A program made the translations under genes and the position numbers. From positions 1 through 30,662 of the forward strand of contig CAYHOM010000002.1 in assembly GCA_964358345.1 (NCBI GenBank): 30,662 bases of DNA, given 5' to 3'. The notes under the pieces are model-generated. The model did no database searches. It saw only the letters and a program-made list of their open reading frames with translations, and was not told the DNA's origin. Every line of letters begins with the position of its first letter. The first letter of the stretch is position 1. This document shows positions 27,460 through 30,662 of this stretch, piece by piece. The DNA is from an uncultured Gammaproteobacteria bacterium (lineage in GTDB: Bacteria > Patescibacteriota > Patescibacteriia > 2-12-FULL-60-25).

Positions 27460-29058
27460 ATGAAAAAAATCTTCGGGCTCTCCCTTATCGTTATCTTCGC
27501 TATTCTCGGAGGGGTATTCGTTTATCGTAACTCGAACGCTCCGTCGATCAACCAAGGGAGCAATAACCCAATGGTTCCAGCCGTTGTCGAAACAACTTCT
27601 ACACAGGTTCAAGCTGTCATTGATCTGAAGGATGGTGATGCATACACGTTTAGGCTCCAAGCGGTAAAGAAGACGATTGCCGGACGCGAAGTGGACGCTC
27701 TTACCTACAGTGGTACCGTTCCCGGTCCAACGATTCGTGTCCCACAAGGAGCTACGATTCATCTCACGCTTAAGAACGATCTTGACCGTGAGACGACCCT
27801 CCATCCTCACGGAGTCCGGGTTGAAAACGCCTCTGATGGAGTGCCAAATGTGACGCAGAAGCCTATTCGTCCAGGTGAGTCATTCACGTATACCTTGCGT
27901 TTTCCTGACGCGGGCGTCTTCTGGTATCACCCGCACCTTGATGAAGTGATGCAGCAGAACCTTGGCTTATACGGTAATTTTCTGGTTGCTCCAACTTCAA
28001 CAAGCTACTGGTCGCCTGTGAACCGTGAAGAGACGTTGGTGCTTCAAGATATGCTCTTTAACGAAAACAAGATCGCCACGTTCAATGACGGTCGTTCTTC
28101 CTATTATGGCATGATGGGTCGCTACGGCAATGTTCTGCATACGAATGGCAAGACCGACTATCGTCTTGAAGCGAAGAAGGGGGAAATCGTGCGTTTTTTC
28201 ATCACCAACGTTGCCAACGCTCGCCCGTTCCGTTTGGCTATTCCTGGAGCGAAGATGAAACTTGTCGGTGGCGACAACGGGAAATATGAACAGGAAACAT
28301 TTGTGGATAGCGTGACCGTCTCGCCGTCTGAACGCGCCATTATAGAGGTTTCATTCGATACCGTAGGGGCGTTTACCATTGTGAATGGTACACCTGTTCG
28401 AGTCTCTACAATGGGAACGGTTCACGTGTCTGATGATTCAATCAGAGTTTCTTACTTGGAGGCGTTTAACCAATTACGTACCAATCAAGATGTCATCACC
28501 TCAATCGATCCTCTGCGTCCACTCTTCTCGAAACAGCCGGATAAGACTCTGGATCTCGGATTCAATATGATGGGGAACGGTGGGATGATGGGTGGAACCG
28601 GAATGATGGGACGTGGCATGATGGATGGAGGCATGATGGGATCATCAGTTGAGTCGAACGACGGGATCGAATGGGAGGATCACATGGGAAGTATGAATGC
28701 CCATATGACAGCAGCTACGGCCGGGTGGACAATTACAGACAAAGCAACAGGAAAAACGAACGACAAGATTAATTGGTCGTTCAAACAAGGCGACTACGTC
28801 AAAATTCGGATCAACAATCCAAACACGGGGATGCATCCCATGCAACATCCGTTTCATGTTCATGGTCAGCGCTTCTTAGTTCTAAGCGAGAACGGAAAAG
28901 CGAACACGAATATGGTTTGGAAGGATACGGTTTTGCTACCTGCTGGTACTACCACCGATATTCTGGTCGAGATGTCGAATCCTGGGCAATGGATGATGCA
29001 CTGTCATATCGCAGAACATCTAGAGAGTGGGATGATGCTGAATTTCGAGGTGAAGTAA
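27460..29058 (+). CDS. Membrane-anchored three-domain multicopper oxidase (CueO/CopA/laccase-like) with Met-rich loop
   Basis: All four Cu motifs: TLHPHG, FWYHPH, MQHPFHVHG, WMMHCHIAEHLESGMM (axial Met). Met/Gly loop MMGNGGMMGGTGMMGRGMMDGGMMG; N-terminal TM anchor. Alternative start at 27445. Confidence 0.95.
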   Translation: MKKIFGLSLIVIFAILGGVFVYRNSNAPSINQGSNNPMVPAVVETTSTQVQAVIDLKDGDAYTFRLQAVKKTIAGREVDALTYSGTVPGPTIRVPQGATIHLTLKNDLDRETTLHPHGVRVENASDGVPNVTQKPIRPGESFTYTLRFPDAGVFWYHPHLDEVMQQNLGLYGNFLVAPTSTSYWSPVNREETLVLQDMLFNENKIATFNDGRSSYYGMMGRYGNVLHTNGKTDYRLEAKKGEIVRFFITNVANARPFRLAIPGAKMKLVGGDNGKYEQETFVDSVTVSPSERAIIEVSFDTVGAFTIVNGTPVRVSTMGTVHVSDDSIRVSYLEAFNQLRTNQDVITSIDPLRPLFSKQPDKTLDLGFNMMGNGGMMGGTGMMGRGMMDGGMMGSSVESNDGIEWEDHMGSMNAHMTAATAGWTITDKATGKTNDKINWSFKQGDYVKIRINNPNTGMHPMQHPFHVHGQRFLVLSENGKANTNMVWKDTVLLPAGTTTDILVEMSNPGQWMMHCHIAEHLESGMMLNFEVK

Positions 29059-29073
29059 ACCTTTTTGGCAAAA

Positions 29074-29105
29074 GAAAAACCACCCTCTTACGATGGTGGT
29101 TTTTC
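29074..29105. terminator. Probably bidirectional intrinsic terminator ending the copper operon
   Basis: 11-bp stem GAAAAACCACC (29074-29084) / GGTGGTTTTTC (29095-29105), A-rich before and T-rich after; lies between convergent genes. Confidence 0.75.
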
Positions 29106-29235
29106 ATCAACCGGCTTGTATGCAGGGAATCCGGTCACCCGGAACTCTTGTCCACTTCCCCATGGGAAAGCGGTCTTATACACCAAACCGGCTATTGGCA
29201 GGAGCTGGTATCTGACGTCAGAACTCTTGCCACTA

Positions 29236-29634
29236 CTAACTTTGGAATTCTCTCAATGAGAGATACTTCTCGGGAATAACTTTTGCCTTAATGGTCTCTT
29301 GTCCGTTTTCATACGCTTTTACAAGCCGATGAACTCCATCAAGAATCACTAGACGAGTTTTGTATTGTGTCACAATGATTGGATAAACTGCATCCGCCTC
29401 TTTCACTCTTTTTTGATGGACATCTGAACCTGTCGCTTTCCTGATAACTTCCCATGGTGTCAGATTCCAGTCATCAGTTCCATCTTTTTCCCAAACGGGC
29501 ATATCAAAATGCCAAACTAGTTGCTCAATGGGAATTTCCATGATCGGAAGAGGTAGATCCCTGAGCTTTACCGTATTCACGAACATACTTAGACCGACGT
29601 CAGTAAGTGCACGTGGTGGCTGTCGATTTTCCAT
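29236..29634 (-). CDS. Small stand-alone ParB/Srx-like domain protein, 132 aa
   Basis: ADAVYPIIV...LVILDGVHRLVKAY motif of ParB-like N-terminal domains. Confidence 0.7.
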   Translation of the reverse strand: MENRQPPRALTDVGLSMFVNTVKLRDLPLPIMEIPIEQLVWHFDMPVWEKDGTDDWNLTPWEVIRKATGSDVHQKRVKEADAVYPIIVTQYKTRLVILDGVHRLVKAYENGQETIKAKVIPEKYLSLREFQS

Positions 29635-29690
29635 AGATGGATACTAGGGTAACAGCCTACCGAAAAAAGTTCCATTCTTTCATCCCCTCA

Positions 29691-29718
29691 AACAAAATAA
29701 CCCCGTATTCACGGGATT
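29691..29718 (-). terminator. Candidate intrinsic terminator
   Basis: Minus strand AATCCCGT-GAAT-ACGGGGTT (8 bp with one G.U) followed by ATTTTGTT. Confidence 0.5.
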
Positions 29719-29810
29719 AAAATGTTGGCAGGGGCTCGCGGAAGACGTTCGGACGTTGGTAATAGCGGAACCAGCGTTGTACATGGCCAGATTCCGTTAG
29801 AGAATTATTA

Positions 29811-29856
29811 CCGGAAAAGAAAAGGCGACGGCCTACTTTTCAGTAGTACCGTCGCC
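29811..29856 (-). terminator. Intrinsic terminator of the GNAT-ASCH gene
   Basis: GGCGACGG (29824-29831) / CCGTCGCC (29849-29856) with inner CTACT/AGTAG pairing; TTTTCTTTT follows on the minus strand. Confidence 0.75.
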
Positions 29857-29876
29857 ATGAGTCGCTGGTTGCGTGG

Positions 29877-30662
29877 TCAGCCTTTCTGAACCACTTCCAG
29901 CTCGAAGACCAAGACGCCGAGCCGCTCCTTGTTGGGCGGGTAGATGTCCTGAAGGAGTCGAAGCGCTTCGGGCTTGCTCACGTCGGGCACGATCTTCTCG
30001 TGCGGTTCGACCTCGAGCATGGCCGCGAACGTCGGGTACGTACGAACGGCCTTGACGCGGATGACGCCCTCGCGGTGCTGGGTCATCAACTTGATGCTCT
30101 CGCCAGCACGGATCCGCTTGAGCGAGTCATACCCAACCCGAACCTCGAGCGTCTTGCGGCCGCTCATGATGTGGTTGAAGTAGACGTTCTTGACGCGCAT
30201 GTCTCGCATGAGATGGTTCTCCAGATTATTGCCCCATTGCTGGGTGCAGAAGTTGTCGTGATACGCAGCCGGCATGACCGCGTCGAGCGTCCACCCAAGT
30301 CGTTGAAGTACCATAGTCTCATCGACCGAAGGCACGCAGTGGACGTAGAGCTTTCGTCCGTACTGACGCATGAGATACGGCAGATCGATGAGCATCGCCG
30401 CGAAGGCTTGCGGATCATGCGCCACGCAGGGCATGAGCTTGATCGGTTCGCCTTTTTTCGGAGTTGCTCCGGTAACCCCGAGCACTCGATCATCGCGGTC
30501 GACGGCGACGAAGATGAGCTTGTACTTGGCGTTGACCTCGCCGATGTTGCGTCTGGCATAACCGCGATACAGCGCGTTCACCCATTCGTCATCAACCCCA
30601 CGAAAACAGGGCGGGAGTTTCTGCAGAATCAAGGCGCGAGCCTGATCGGAGTACTTCTCATC
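29877..30662 (-). CDS. GNAT-like acetyltransferase domain fused to a C-terminal ASCH (PUA-like) domain; 5' end beyond window
   Basis: The frame is open to the window edge (DEKYSDQARALILQK...). GNAT-like GRKLYVH...LQRLGW..DAVMPAAY; ASCH-like MRVKNVYFNHIMSGRKTLEVRV...IRAGESIKL...VRTYPTFAAML...LGVLVFEL. Confidence 0.7.
   Translation of the reverse strand, partial: DEKYSDQARALILQKLPPCFRGVDDEWVNALYRGYARRNIGEVNAKYKLIFVAVDRDDRVLGVTGATPKKGEPIKLMPCVAHDPQAFAAMLIDLPYLMRQYGRKLYVHCVPSVDETMVLQRLGWTLDAVMPAAYHDNFCTQQWGNNLENHLMRDMRVKNVYFNHIMSGRKTLEVRVGYDSLKRIRAGESIKLMTQHREGVIRVKAVRTYPTFAAMLEVEPHEKIVPDVSKPEALRLLQDIYPPNKERLGVLVFELEVVQKG

Larger units (their letters stand above)
19380..29720. mobile_element. 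Probable accessory genomic island (copper/metal-stress cargo); boundaries approximate
   Basis: Abrupt switch from core genes to pseudogene debris, then a visibly more AT-rich co-oriented cargo operon. No integrase, transposase or tRNA is seen in the window, so mobility is not demonstrated. Confidence 0.4.

Noticed and set aside
28560-28640. Short ATGATGGG-type nucleotide repeats in the MCO gene as a tandem repeat or contingency locus
   Set aside because: They are imperfect, in frame, and simply encode the Met/Gly-rich loop known from CueO-type oxidases.
29236-29634. ParB-like gene as evidence of a plasmid partition system
   Set aside because: It is a single short ParB/Srx-like domain with no HTH, no parA and no parS-like repeats nearby.
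1-30662. Alternative genetic code (TGA=Gly, as in Gracilibacteria/Absconditabacteria)
   Set aside because: TGA ends genes at their expected C-termini (ECF sigma 5641, murC 15455, DsrE 24532) with ATGA overlaps, and long ORFs have no internal TGA; code 11 fits.
1-30662. rRNA, tRNA, tmRNA, RNase P RNA or CRISPR array
   Set aside because: No cloverleaf with a T-loop, no GAGGAAAGUCC-type RNase P signature, and no regularly spaced repeats were seen by eye. A tRNAscan/Infernal run would be needed to exclude divergent cases.

Overview
Bacterial chromosomal window that reads like a Patescibacteria (CPR; Parcubacteria/ABY1-type) genome. This is an inference from a giant GDLIK-repeat surface protein, DUF5667, mostly Shine-Dalgarno-free starts with T at -1, and genetic code 11. 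Bases 1-19.4 kb are core-like: a partial O-antigen-ligase-like gene, a 1306-aa S-layer-like surface protein behind a structured leader, a DUF5667 protein and an ECF sigma factor whose coding sequence contains an ECF-type promoter motif, a GT4 glycosyltransferase, YraN, two SAM methyltransferases, Gmk-like and CYTH proteins, secA, hpf, murB, murC, glyA and a transglutaminase-like gene. Bases ~19.4-29.7 kb form an accessory region. It opens with gene debris (a collagen-like pseudogene with an in-frame TAA and a CusA/CzcA C-terminal remnant) and an unannotated 55-aa membrane peptide gene with its own SD and terminator. Next come a TrmB-family regulator and a tightly packed 13-gene operon (hsp20, YVTN beta-propeller, 2x DUF2933, Met-rich SHOCT, DsrE, Cys-rich YHS, DUF5676-like, ICMT-like, SCCAH membrane protein, THSVDL/GGHH protein, DoxD-like, multicopper oxidase). 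The operon looks like a membrane-tethered copper-handling system with no P1B-ATPase or CsoR/CueR in the window. The window ends with a small ParB/Srx-like gene, two tandem terminators and a visibly GC-richer GNAT-like/ASCH fusion that runs off the right edge. I found no rRNA, tRNA, CRISPR array, integrase or transposase. All family assignments come from motif recognition by eye, not from database searches.
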